From Styela clava (taxonomy: Eukaryota): DNA of 64,000 bases. The DNA lies in assembly GCF_964204865.1 (NCBI RefSeq), contig NC_135263.1:5704001-5768000 (forward strand), given 5' to 3'. Positions 54,153-64,000 of this stretch are shown here, piece after piece. Below the pieces are notes generated by a model, which was not told the DNA's origin, made no database searches, and saw only the letters and a program-made list of their open reading frames with translations. The stretch's first letter is position 1. Every line of letters begins with the position of its first letter. A program made the position numbers and the translations under genes.

Positions 54153-54560
54153 AACATCGAATGATCTGGGGATATTTTCCAAGGCCAAATCCAACTTTGT
54201 CACAGGTTGCAGCTTTCATAAGCATACCTCATGACGTCGGAATATCAGTTAAGTTTCATTCTTCGACATGTTCAGAAACAAACTGGAATCATGATTACAT
54301 ATATACTAAACAAAATGAAGGCAAATTTCCGAGTTTTACAGATCACATTTTAATGAAATGGCTTAACAGATAATTTATCTGAGAGATGCCAAGCTATACA
54401 TATATATTATATCAACAAATTATTCGATTCACAAGAAATTTTGTTAATTATGACCACGTTTTTTCTAAGTAGTACAAGGGTAGTTAATAATAAAATCAAT
54501 AATAAGTCAAAAAGAAATAATTGCAACGACCTACGATAATTTAAAATCAGACAGAAACGA
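54153..54560 (+). pseudogene. Orphan lipocalin last exon plus 3' UTR, inverted relative to the other copies
   Basis: TTTCAG|AACATCGAATGATCTGGGGA... encodes HRMIWGYFPRPNPTLSQVAAFISIPHDVGISVKFHSSTCSETNW, paralogous to 41844-41989. Homology continues through the 3' flank (versus reverse complement of ~41580-41840). No upstream exons are nearby. Confidence 0.88.
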
Positions 54561-55575
54561 CTTTATTTATTTACCAATAGCTTATTCGAGATGGGAATTA
54601 AGGCCGCATGCACAGTGAATTTAATTTGAGCTTCAGACTTGCAAGAATTCGGAGCACCGACGCAAAAAACAAAAACAATCAGGTTCCCTCCATGACATGA
54701 CTGCCAACAGGGCCAATACCATATGTGTGGAACACCACCTATCCTATAGCAACAGTGAAAATATAACATAACTTTTTGTTCTTGGAGTGATTATGTCTGC
54801 CGCTTGATCTATAACGGTCTCTTTGTTGTCGCGGCTTGTCACATCCACGGCATCATTTCAGTATGAATCAACGAGAGTCGCAATATCTCACCCTTTGTGA
54901 TGAATGGCCTTTTCCCCACAAATAACAATTATAACATATATATAACAACAAGCCGGAGGCATCGTCGCCTCGGCATTAAACTGGGAGACAACTTTTGCTA
55001 TCTTTTGAAATGCGAATGACATCTGACAAAAATTAAGTTTGAGGAAATCAGCCGGGATATCGCAAAAGGTAATAATTTCTATAACATATGACGATATTTA
55101 AAGATAAAATTAAAACAAAATTACTTTACGACAAGGCAACAAATTTGAGGTCGAATTTTAATTTATTACATGCCAACCAGAGCTTCGGTGAGATCCACAA
55201 TGAAATCTTTTCTGAATGGAAGAGCGAGTGCCTGAGAAAAAGTGATGCGGTGTAAATTCGGGCATAGGCGTTGCCCCCCCCCTAAAAAAAATTTGTTCAA
55301 CGATTTCTTTTAAAGCCATTCTGCGGCATTTACTGTGAAACTCGTAAGTCTTCATAACTTAATTCTTATTCAAAAATCAAGTAATATTTTTCAAATTTCG
55401 GCGTTCTTTGGTTGAAACTCAATGTACATTCCATTTCAGATAACTTAAAGATATGAAGAAGAAAATGCCACAAGCTCGTAACAGCAAATGGATAGTGCAA
55501 TACACTCCCCTTCTGCCATAGACTATTCTCTCCTTATATATCGAGGGAATATCTAGGGATGTCTATAGACTAGAG

Positions 55576-56895
55576 CAGTGTTTCCCAACCCGAGTCCGAG
55601 GTCTCAAATAAGTCCGCGGAGCGTTTGAATGAGTCCGCAACGAGCCAGAAATTCGTGCGAGCCGCAAACGATTTTGCGGAACTTAACATCAGCCAATTTA
55701 CAATTTACGTTGGAATTTACATAAAACATAAAAAGCAAGTTTATTCACATAACATTAATCGAGTCAATAATTACTCGTTACTGAGTAGGGCTGGGCATAT
55801 ATTCGAATATTCAACTATTGGAATAGCAATTTAATATTCGAAAATTTGGTAACAGGTTACGCGACAAGTCACTTGCACTTGTGCGCGTCCCCTAATCAAA
55901 CGATTGGATTTCACAACTCACTCACGAATTTTCGACGAAAACACACAAGTCGGCACACGCGTCGATAGATGGTGGCAACCCGAATTTTCCAAATTGAAAA
56001 GCGGCAATACAAAACGGAGAACACCGTAAGTTTTGTTTTATGATGGACCGCGACCGATTAAAAACGCTTTTTTAGACATTGCAAAACGCAAAATTTTCGG
56101 GTGCTACCGTAGTATGCGTATACCAAGGCATCTTCCCTTAGGGTTGTTTGCTTTACTGCCTCAACATTGATACGCCGTACAGTACTGGTAAGTGTTGTAC
56201 GAACAGCTCAGATTTGTTGAATTCACAAAAATAGGAATCAAAACAAAATATAATCGGGCCCTTTACCACGCATTTTTATGTCCACGGATTGTCATGATAA
56301 TTTCTGAGTAGTATTGCTTTTATTTCGCCAACACAATCACAGATTAAAATGATCAAAATTAAATTAAAAATAAAGCAAGGCGATGAATATTCATTTTTCA
56401 TTTACTAATATATTTTAAATATATTTTTATTAAGTACTGAATCAAGTTGTACTTTCTGGAAATTTATAACAGATAGTGAAATTTTTCTAACAACGATAAC
56501 AAATTTGCAAGATCACAAAAATATGTAAAAAAACTAAATATAATCGGGCAATATAGTCTCACATTATTATGTTCACAGATTGCCGATTGGCGAGAAATGC
56601 TTTCACCTTGTCGTAAGTCGACGCAACCGCGAGTTACCATGAACACAATTAAATTAATATAGAAAGACATTGGATTGAATATTGTGCGACAGAAAGCCAA
56701 TTATACACTAAAAAAGTCGGGTCTTTTTAACGAACGCGTAATTGCTGCGAATTTCCGATTTTGAAATTTGTTACAATTCTGTTGTATTTGATTTTATTGC
56801 TTCTTCGCACAGGTTGCAATAAACGCACTTTGAGTCCGCAAAGATTTTCGCGGGAGAGAAAATAGTCCGCGACCAGAAAAGGTTGGGAAACGCTG
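55576..56895. mobile_element. Non-autonomous Buster/Charlie hAT
   Basis: TIR CAGTGTTTCCCAACC / GGTTGGGAAACGCTG; perfect TSD GACTAGAG (55568-55575, 56896-56903); AGTCCGC subterminal repeats. Confidence 0.93.
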
Positions 56896-57629
56896 GACTA
56901 GAGACTTATTTGAAGTGGCTATGTGAACGGACACCCTGCGAGCGAGCTCTTTAACGGGAAGTTTCGTCTGACTCGCGTTCTAACTTTTCACTATACAATT
57001 TCCCATTTCATTTTTCCACGTTTTATCATTTATTTCACGTCCATATTTATTGGACACGTTTAGTGACCATAACGATCGTTTCAATATTATGTTGTTGTTG
57101 TTGTTGTTCTTGTTCTTTGACACGTTTTTAAAAAATCGCTTTTCTCTTCGAATACTGGACCAATTGCTTTGAAATTTTCAGTGGTTAAAGATTAATTTCT
57201 TCGCTAGAAGGCTATTACTTTTATTTATTTCAAAATTTTGCGTGAATTCTATGAAATTTGATATTTCGTCTAAAATTTTGCTGTATTATTTTTTATCCAT
57301 GGGTACACGGATTTTAGTCAGTGTCATGACTGGCTGTACGTTTTGATTCTGCAAAATTCTTGCTACTGGAAATTCAGAACTTTTTTGAGGGTACCGGTAG
57401 CGTCAAAGGTACCGGTAAGGACTGATTCGCTCTGGTCTAACGTGTCCATATATTTGTGCGTAGCTCTCTTGTCTTATAAATAAACCTTGTTACATAGAAT
57501 AGTCTGTGATTTTTACTGATCATGTCCTGTAAAATGTGATGCCAGGATATTTACGGTATTTTTTATCGGGTTTTGAATGTAAATCCCAGTAATATGTAAT
57601 GCCAGGCGATTGCCGGTAAATATTTCATA

Positions 57630-58221
57630 TAGTGTAGGCAAATTCATGATTCGGGAAATCCTGAATCCACATGTGTATTTTCTTGCAGATGGCTTTAGCT
57701 GTATGATACTCCATTGTTGGTCCGTGAATATTCACTATCTCCTCGAATGCTTCCCCATTGACGTATTCGACACCAACAGAAAGCTTCTACAATCCTTAAA
57801 ATAATTGGAAGATAGAAAACAATAAAAGCAAAAGTCAGCAGTGAAAATCTCGAGGAAATTCGAAACTTAAATATTTTTATCTTTATTTGATATACTTCCT
57901 TAACAATATTTATAAGTTAACAGTCATTGAGGCAGTCAAACTTCTTTTTTCATAATATTCCGCACAATATTGTTTATTATTTGAAATGACTCGCTAGTAT
58001 TCAAGCCATGACACGTTGACTTAACACTTGCTTGGAACATTGGACACAATACGCAATTTTATAAATTGTAGATGGCCGACAAGTCATCATTGAACCCCAT
58101 CAAAATGTGTTGTTTTGGAAAATATTAAAAATAGTCGCAATATAATCTGGAATAACTTACCTACTCCGAAACCAGAGGTTGCACCAATGCATAAAACGAC
58201 ATCTATCATCAATCTCAACAT
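57630..58221 (-). pseudogene. Possible decayed secreted C-type-lectin-like gene
   Basis: Signal-peptide-like exon MLRLMIDVVLCIGATSGFGV with strong donor GTAAGT (~58161-58221). The downstream exon reads WGSIRGDSEYSRTNNGVSY / AKAICKK across a frameshift, like a CTLD start. Confidence 0.35.
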
Positions 58222-58270
58222 TTTTACCCTTCGACCGAACGTATTGCGGTTGAACTAAATTGAGACTGTT

Positions 58271-58463
58271 GGTTCCATTACATTTGAACCCACGTACATT
58301 TGAACCCATGACAATTGCATCTGTATGCTATTGCACCTATGGAATTTTTTTTGTTTCACGGATAGTCTAACCCTAACCCATGGGTTTTAGCACCCGCATA
58401 TAGATTGAACCCGTGGATATACGCATGGGTTCAAATGTACGTGGGTTCAAATGTACGATCACC
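58271..58463. mobile_element. Merlin-like MITE with 9-bp TSD
   Basis: TIRs of about 40 bp containing tandem TACATTTGAACCCA repeats; GG/CC termini; perfect TSD GAGACTGTT (58262-58270, 58464-58472). Confidence 0.9.
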
Positions 58464-59214
58464 GAGACTGTTAGTAACGTTATATATACCGTCGCGCCTG
58501 ACCATTTCTTCTATATTTAAACATTTTATTGTTATGTGTAATTAGAAAACTGAAATCTCGCCACATTCGGTGTCATGTGACATCATTAACTGAGTTGGCA
58601 ACGTAAAATCTTTTCAGTTCAAAAAACTCGTCCGGCTAATAAATTACGTCGCAATATATATCGCAAACTGCACTTAACTATAAGTTATAAATTATAAAAT
58701 ATGCATGCGGCCTTCGGCACTATTCTCAACATTTGATGTGTCCCTCGGAAGCCTGCAACTTTGGCATTGTTGCTGACTTGCTGTATTAAACTGGCACAAA
58801 AAAAATAATCTGATCTTACCAACACTCAACACCCACATGAAGAAAATTTAAATTAGCTAAGTTGGGAATAAATAAATCATTCTCATAAATTGATATCAAT
58901 TTCGGTGGTCGGGCTTTTATCTAAATTAATCTTCGGTGGCTTCGGTAGTAAAAAAAACTCAACTTTTGTTTCAAAAATTGTTCTCAGTTATTTTTGTTCG
59001 AATTAAAAATAAATGCATCTGTCAATCACTGTAAATTTAACAAAGTTCACAAACGTTTAGTGAAAAATTGACAGGAAAAAATAAGGTAGTTTTAAGTAAC
59101 TGTGGAAAACAATTTCCAATCGTTTTACAAGAATTCATGTCGAATAATCGTTTTTAATGAGAACAAAGTTATAAAAATCTTAAGAAGGCAATTGTAATGT
59201 ATTTTCGAGTGAAC

Positions 59215-60239
59215 CATGAGATACTGTTTGAAAGTTGTAGTAAATTTCAAGTGAATTTTTATGATTTTAAATGTTACCGTTATGATTGATGTGAATGAAC
59301 AGTAGAAAGAAATTTGTAGAAAAAATGCATAATTCAACAGCATAATATAATTGAAGTATTGGAATGTTAGTTTTAGTTATCTCCATGGTCAAAGAGTGAA
59401 CAGCAGTATCAAAATGTTGATTCTTATTCCTGCATGTATTGGAGCCCACAGATGTCCCAGATCTGCAGCATTTCAGGGAATTTGTTGATGTGATGAAAAC
59501 ACACACAGTACGATTCCTATTGTAAAGGTGTGGACCGGGATGGCGTGGGACAGAGTTCGTTTGTTCGGTTCCAATACAAAGAGTCCAGTTAATGAATCTT
59601 TTATTTGCAAACATACTTTCTCTATATTGATGAGTTGTTGGCTCGGCCTATCCTGCATAAATATTTGATATGATAGTATACTGTTTAATGATATAAATAC
59701 AAATATTGCTCCTCTACAATAATTAAACAAATTTTACACGCTCCAAAAAAAATAAACTAAACAAAAATTGCTGTCGCTACAGATTCACTACGGTATACAC
59801 AAGAATAAGGTTCGGGGTCGAAGTCATTTTTAAAAAATAAGCAATTCTAAACGATTTAAAAAAAATTGAATTTCTCAATTCGAGATGAATGAAGTTTCCA
59901 ACAAAAACGTTTTTGTAAATACAATTTCAATATTCTGACGTGTTAAGAGTCAACTTTTTATTACTTTTACTACTCCTCGCATTAGCGCAAAAGCGTTGGA
60001 AACGAAAATGGAGTAGTTACTTCATAAGAGCCCTAATCAACTGCAAAAACAACATAGTTCATAACAATTTTTGTATGTTATTGTTTTACCAGAAAGAATT
60101 AGTCTTGAAACAGAATGGGGAAGCTTCATCTCCACCACGTGAGACATATGACTTTCTTTCCTTCCAGCCAGCGGGCGCACTTGTTGTTTATAAAGATGAA
60201 TATGTTGAAGCACTTCGATCTTTTAAATATTCCGATTGA
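59215..60239 (+). pseudogene. Possible decayed C-type lectin domain gene
   Basis: Stop- and frameshift-interrupted segments occur in CTLD order: SCSKFQVNFYDFKCYRY, KEICRK, EPTDVPDLQHFREFVDVMK, VKVWTGMAWDR (WIGL-equivalent), then after an AG acceptor KELVLKQNGE. Confidence 0.4.
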
Positions 60240-60948
60240 ATTATTGGAGGGGCCCTTTGCCAAACAGAGGAATAATCTCGTTGATACATTAATGCATGCT
60301 TTGATAGCTAGTGTTGACGAAGAAAATGGGAATAAAACGCAATATAATTCATTTTCGAGTTTCATTTATGTCGGTGTTGAGAGATTGAATGGCAGTAAAA
60401 AGCTTTCTAATGCGGTCAGTGTCAGGGGTTCCATATTGAATAGAGAAAGTATTTGTCTCAAAATTTGTTTGTGCCAATCTCATAATAGTTGCACGCTTAC
60501 TCTCAGCGTCAGTTGCCCAAGTTGCCTACTTGTTGCCTGATATATTTACTTATTTCAAACCACCATTTTGATTCCAAGTGTATAACCAACCACCTGTCGT
60601 TCAAAAGTACTGGTAGAAACTTCAGTATGGTTTATCGCAGCCTTTCCAAAACTAATTTTATATTGTTGTAACTGAATTAAGATTCGAATCCCAACAACAC
60701 TTAAAATTAAAAAAAAAAATAGGAATTATCGAGTTAGGGTTAGGAATGCATATTGCGCTGGGAATTCAGAGTTTCAAATCCTTGCTAACTCCAATTGGAT
60801 AATTACTAAGTTGTTATTATTTGATTTACTCCCAACCACAATTATGAGCTAATATTCACCACCGTAAATTTTAATTGTTACGCCATGATTAGTATCTCGC
60901 TGATTAGCCAATGTTACATAAGTAAACAAGTAAGTGGATGCTCTATGG

Positions 60949-61855
60949 CAGTGGTCGGCAACCACCGGGCCGCGGCCCATTACCGGTCCGCGGAGAGGTT
61001 ACTGCCGGTCCGCAGAAGGGTGACACAAAAACGAACAAGGCCCAAATAACACCTCTACAATCTAAAAATCACAAACCCGCCGACTAAAAAACAGCACCCA
61101 ATAGCAAACAAAACAAATACAACACATCCGAGCAGCATGTCTGACTTCACAAACAATTTTCACGACAATATGTTGCAATAATGCCGCGTCAATTGCGTCC
61201 TCTGAGTCTGTGTGAGAAATAAGATCTCGCAAACAAAATGATTCTCGCTAACAATGTGACTGCTGGCTCGCAGCTACAGTTCCGTACGTAGTCAGCTATT
61301 TACACTGTGCTTAACCCATACTCTATTATGATAATCATAAAGCTAGCACACATCTTGTAATAAAATTATTTATGGCTGAACTAACATGAATAATGCAATT
61401 CTTGAACGACTGCGCCTCAATATCTAACTGTGAGAGTAGATATACCGGGCGACATCATCCAAGAGAAGAAAAAAATTCAAGAGCAAGAATTGTATTTGCA
61501 AAATGGATTTGTAGCCGTAAGTGACAGAAACGAAATTTGCCCAGTTTGCGTCCTTTGTCATACTAAGCTTTCAAATGAGGCAATGAAGCCTTCGAACGAT
61601 GAGATTGTCTTGTCAAAGACAAAATACCGAAGTAGGATGAACCCAAGAAACACACCACGTTTGACCATGGCTAAGAATTGGGAACAGTTATTGGTCAGCA
61701 AACAAATGCAGATCTTTATTAATAGATTAAATAGCATCATCTTTGTTTTTGAATATAAAGCCAACATACATTTTCTAACGCTTAATATTTACTACAGAAG
61801 CTTAGTTCGTTTGTATAAAGGTGGTCCGCCACTTAAAAAAGATTGCCGACCATTG
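60949..61855 (+). mobile_element. Internally deleted Buster/Charlie hAT with transposase remnants
   Basis: TIR CAGTGGTCGGCAA / TTGCCGACCATTG; perfect TSD CTCTATGG. ORF 61430-61897 joins a BED-finger piece (YLQNGF...PVCVLCHTKLSNEAMKPS) directly to the C-terminal KTKYRSRM motif. Confidence 0.93.
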
Positions 61856-61970
61856 CTCTATGGAACACCCGTTGTCGGGAATCGTAGCAAAGTTTAACGT
61901 GTGAGGTAGTTTCTTTTTTTGGAATTTGAATAAAAGTCAAATTTTTTTAATTAATATTCAAAGTCTAGAG

Positions 61971-62053
61971 TAGGGGTGTAGAGTAGGGCCGACCCGCGGC
62001 TTCACCCAATTACTTGAATCTGGCCCTCCTGTAATAAAGGTTTCACACCCCTG
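61971..62053. mobile_element. 83-bp Charlie-type MITE
   Basis: TAGGGGTGT / ACACCCCTG ends; TSD GTCTAGAG / GTCTAGAC (7 of 8). Confidence 0.7.
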
Positions 62054-62068
62054 GTCTAGACTCTAAAG

Positions 62069-63425
62069 CAGGGGTGGCCAACCTTTCACATACCATGCGC
62101 CACGTTTTAAACATAATGTTTCAGATGCGCCGTAAATCTCTTGTATTCCCACGCCTAATGTCCGCTTCTTGTTGAAATTATATAAATTTATAATACACAC
62201 ACATATATACACACGTATATGTAGTTTTTACAATTTACAACTTCACGTGAATAGAAATTAAGCAAGGAAGTATAATAAATAAAACTGATCAATTTTATTT
62301 AAGTACCGCCTTTATGAGACTTTTGCTGCTGTACACAACTGCAAATGTTTACAAACAAAAATCATCCTTAATACACGCCTTTACACACACAAGAAGAAAC
62401 TTTACCAATTAAATTTACAGAAAACCACTCATTTGGAGAATTACCGAATCACTGAATGAACAAATTTCAATGACAGCGCATATATATAGTTAACTCAACG
62501 AAAATTCTCGTATCCACGCAAAAATTCGAGCAATTTACGATAAACAGATTACGATTGATTACGAAAAGGGAACCATTGTGACGCCATGCTTCAAGTAAAA
62601 ACTACAGCCTTCCTGAAAGTGGGAGAAAAACGCATTCTGTCTTATGAGCATTACGCAATAAAGCTGTTTTAACGACGAAGAGAAAAAGGTACGATTAAGA
62701 AGTAAAGTTAGGCGTAATATTGTGAGAACAGGCCTTTAGTATCAATATCTACTCCACTCCACCCTCGATTCTAATTGGCTTTTGCTATTGCTAATCAGCT
62801 GTTTGGCCTAGCGTCGCGTGATTTTACTCCAGGCTTCTTCGAGATAAGTACTTGCGTCACAGCAAGCGATATTTCGCTTGTGTTGACAACGGTCATTTGA
62901 AGTTTGGATGAAAAAGGTGGTATTTAGGGGTCATTTTCAGCATGTTGTGGGTTGATTTATAATACATTTTTTAGGCTTGGGAAATTCAACTGGTTGTTCA
63001 ATGGTTATTGGGAGATATTTGGGGAGTCTGGGCAATGGAAAATCCATGTTTCAAGCTGATAAATGACGATTTTCTATTTTTCCAGAAGTTCTGAACTTTT
63101 TACTTCAGTAGGAAAAAAATAGTAAATTTCACTAATTTTTGCTAAAAGTCTAGAATGAATGTCACGAAGTCCGTCCAAAAGCTAACGTCGATAATCGCCT
63201 GTTGTTTCTAATTCCAACAAGCCGTAAGGGGGCGACGTGGAGTAAGAAGAATAGATTTTAGCTACAATCAAAAGTCACCATGTAAATCGCAAAAAAACGG
63301 CTTGGTGTGGAGAAGCCAAGTGCAATTAACAATTTTGGCATGAAAAGGGTTAAAGATGCAATGCGCCACCTCTAATCATGCAATGCGCCACGTTTGGCGC
63401 ATGCGCCATAGGTTGGCCACCCCTG
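62069..63425. mobile_element. Non-autonomous Buster/Charlie hAT
   Basis: TIR CAGGGGTGGCCAACCT / AGGTTGGCCACCCCTG; perfect TSD CTCTAAAG (62061-62068, 63426-63433); ATGCGCCA subterminal repeats. Confidence 0.95.
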
Positions 63426-64000
63426 CTCTAAAGGGTTTGACATTTTGGTGTGAAGTCTAATTTGAAGTCGCTGTTATTTTGCCAATACCTTGACCTTCTT
63501 TTTCGCTGAATTGTTTTTTTCGGTGGGTTGCTCCTGTTTATATCGTGGCATATTATTGGCTTAGAAATAGCTAAACAGATAATCGTTCCCAATGCATGAA
63601 CGTGAATGGTGGAGCAATGGAAAGCGTTACACGAACTGCAGTTTTCATCTAAATTAGAAATCCTAATAACGAAGCTTGACACAAAGTTTTGAGCGGAGAA
63701 ATGCGAAAGTTTGCCAAATGATTATAAAAAAAATTCGGCCGAGGATATATTTCTGGATGAGTAATAAGCTCTAATTCCTCAGTATTACTGTGAGGTTTCT
63801 TTAATTCTTGTAAATTTGAAAAAGTTCATAAATTTCCACTAATGAAGTATTGACAGAATAAAATAAGGCAATTCCAATTTACTGTGCAACATTACAGAAA
63901 AAGAAATCGCAAACTGTAGTGAAAATTCTAGAAAGTCTTCGGGTAAATACGGTAAAAATAGGGAAATCGTTAATGTTTTAGGTTAGGGTGTCTAGACGTA

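Noticed and set aside
58368-58380. TAACCCTAACCC as interstitial telomere (also in family B MITEs)
   Set aside because: Only about 2 units, and an internal motif of MITEs.
60115-60540. 141-aa + strand ORF
   Set aside because: No recognisable domain; overlaps the putative lectin relic in another frame.

Overview
This is AT-rich, intron-containing animal DNA with short GT-AG introns and compact genes. Gene content, repeat types and intronless housekeeping genes suggest an ascidian (tunicate), but that is inference only. Positions 1-40 kb form a tight housekeeping block: MCUR1/CCDC90 (3' part, +), METTL17 (-), intronless GOSR2 (-), intronless caspase-2 (+), BRD7/9 (-), intronless MRPL55 (-), intronless MFSD9 (-), single-coding-exon MED22 (+) and ECD (+). 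It is interspersed with a tRNA-derived SINE family, MITEs and a hAT nested in another hAT. Positions 40-64 kb form an accessory region that the ORF track largely misses because the genes are multi-exon. It holds an intact 6-exon secreted lipocalin, a broken paralogue whose last exon lies inverted about 13 kb away, decayed C-type-lectin-like pieces and many Buster/Charlie hAT elements with perfect 8-bp target-site duplications (TSDs). The main find is an 8.7-kb Buster/Charlie-type hAT (44795-53478) with terminal inverted repeats (TIRs), a perfect TTATATGG TSD and a transposase C-terminal remnant. Its interior carries two intact 4-exon paralogous genes for secreted, basic, 10-Cys cystine-knot-like proteins (Spaetzle/IL-17/PTTH-trunk pattern). 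Each gene has an identical NF-kB-type site about 190 bp upstream of its ATG. This is a candidate transposon-borne, immune-inducible cytokine cassette. All family assignments come from manual splicing, translation and remembered motifs; no database search was run.
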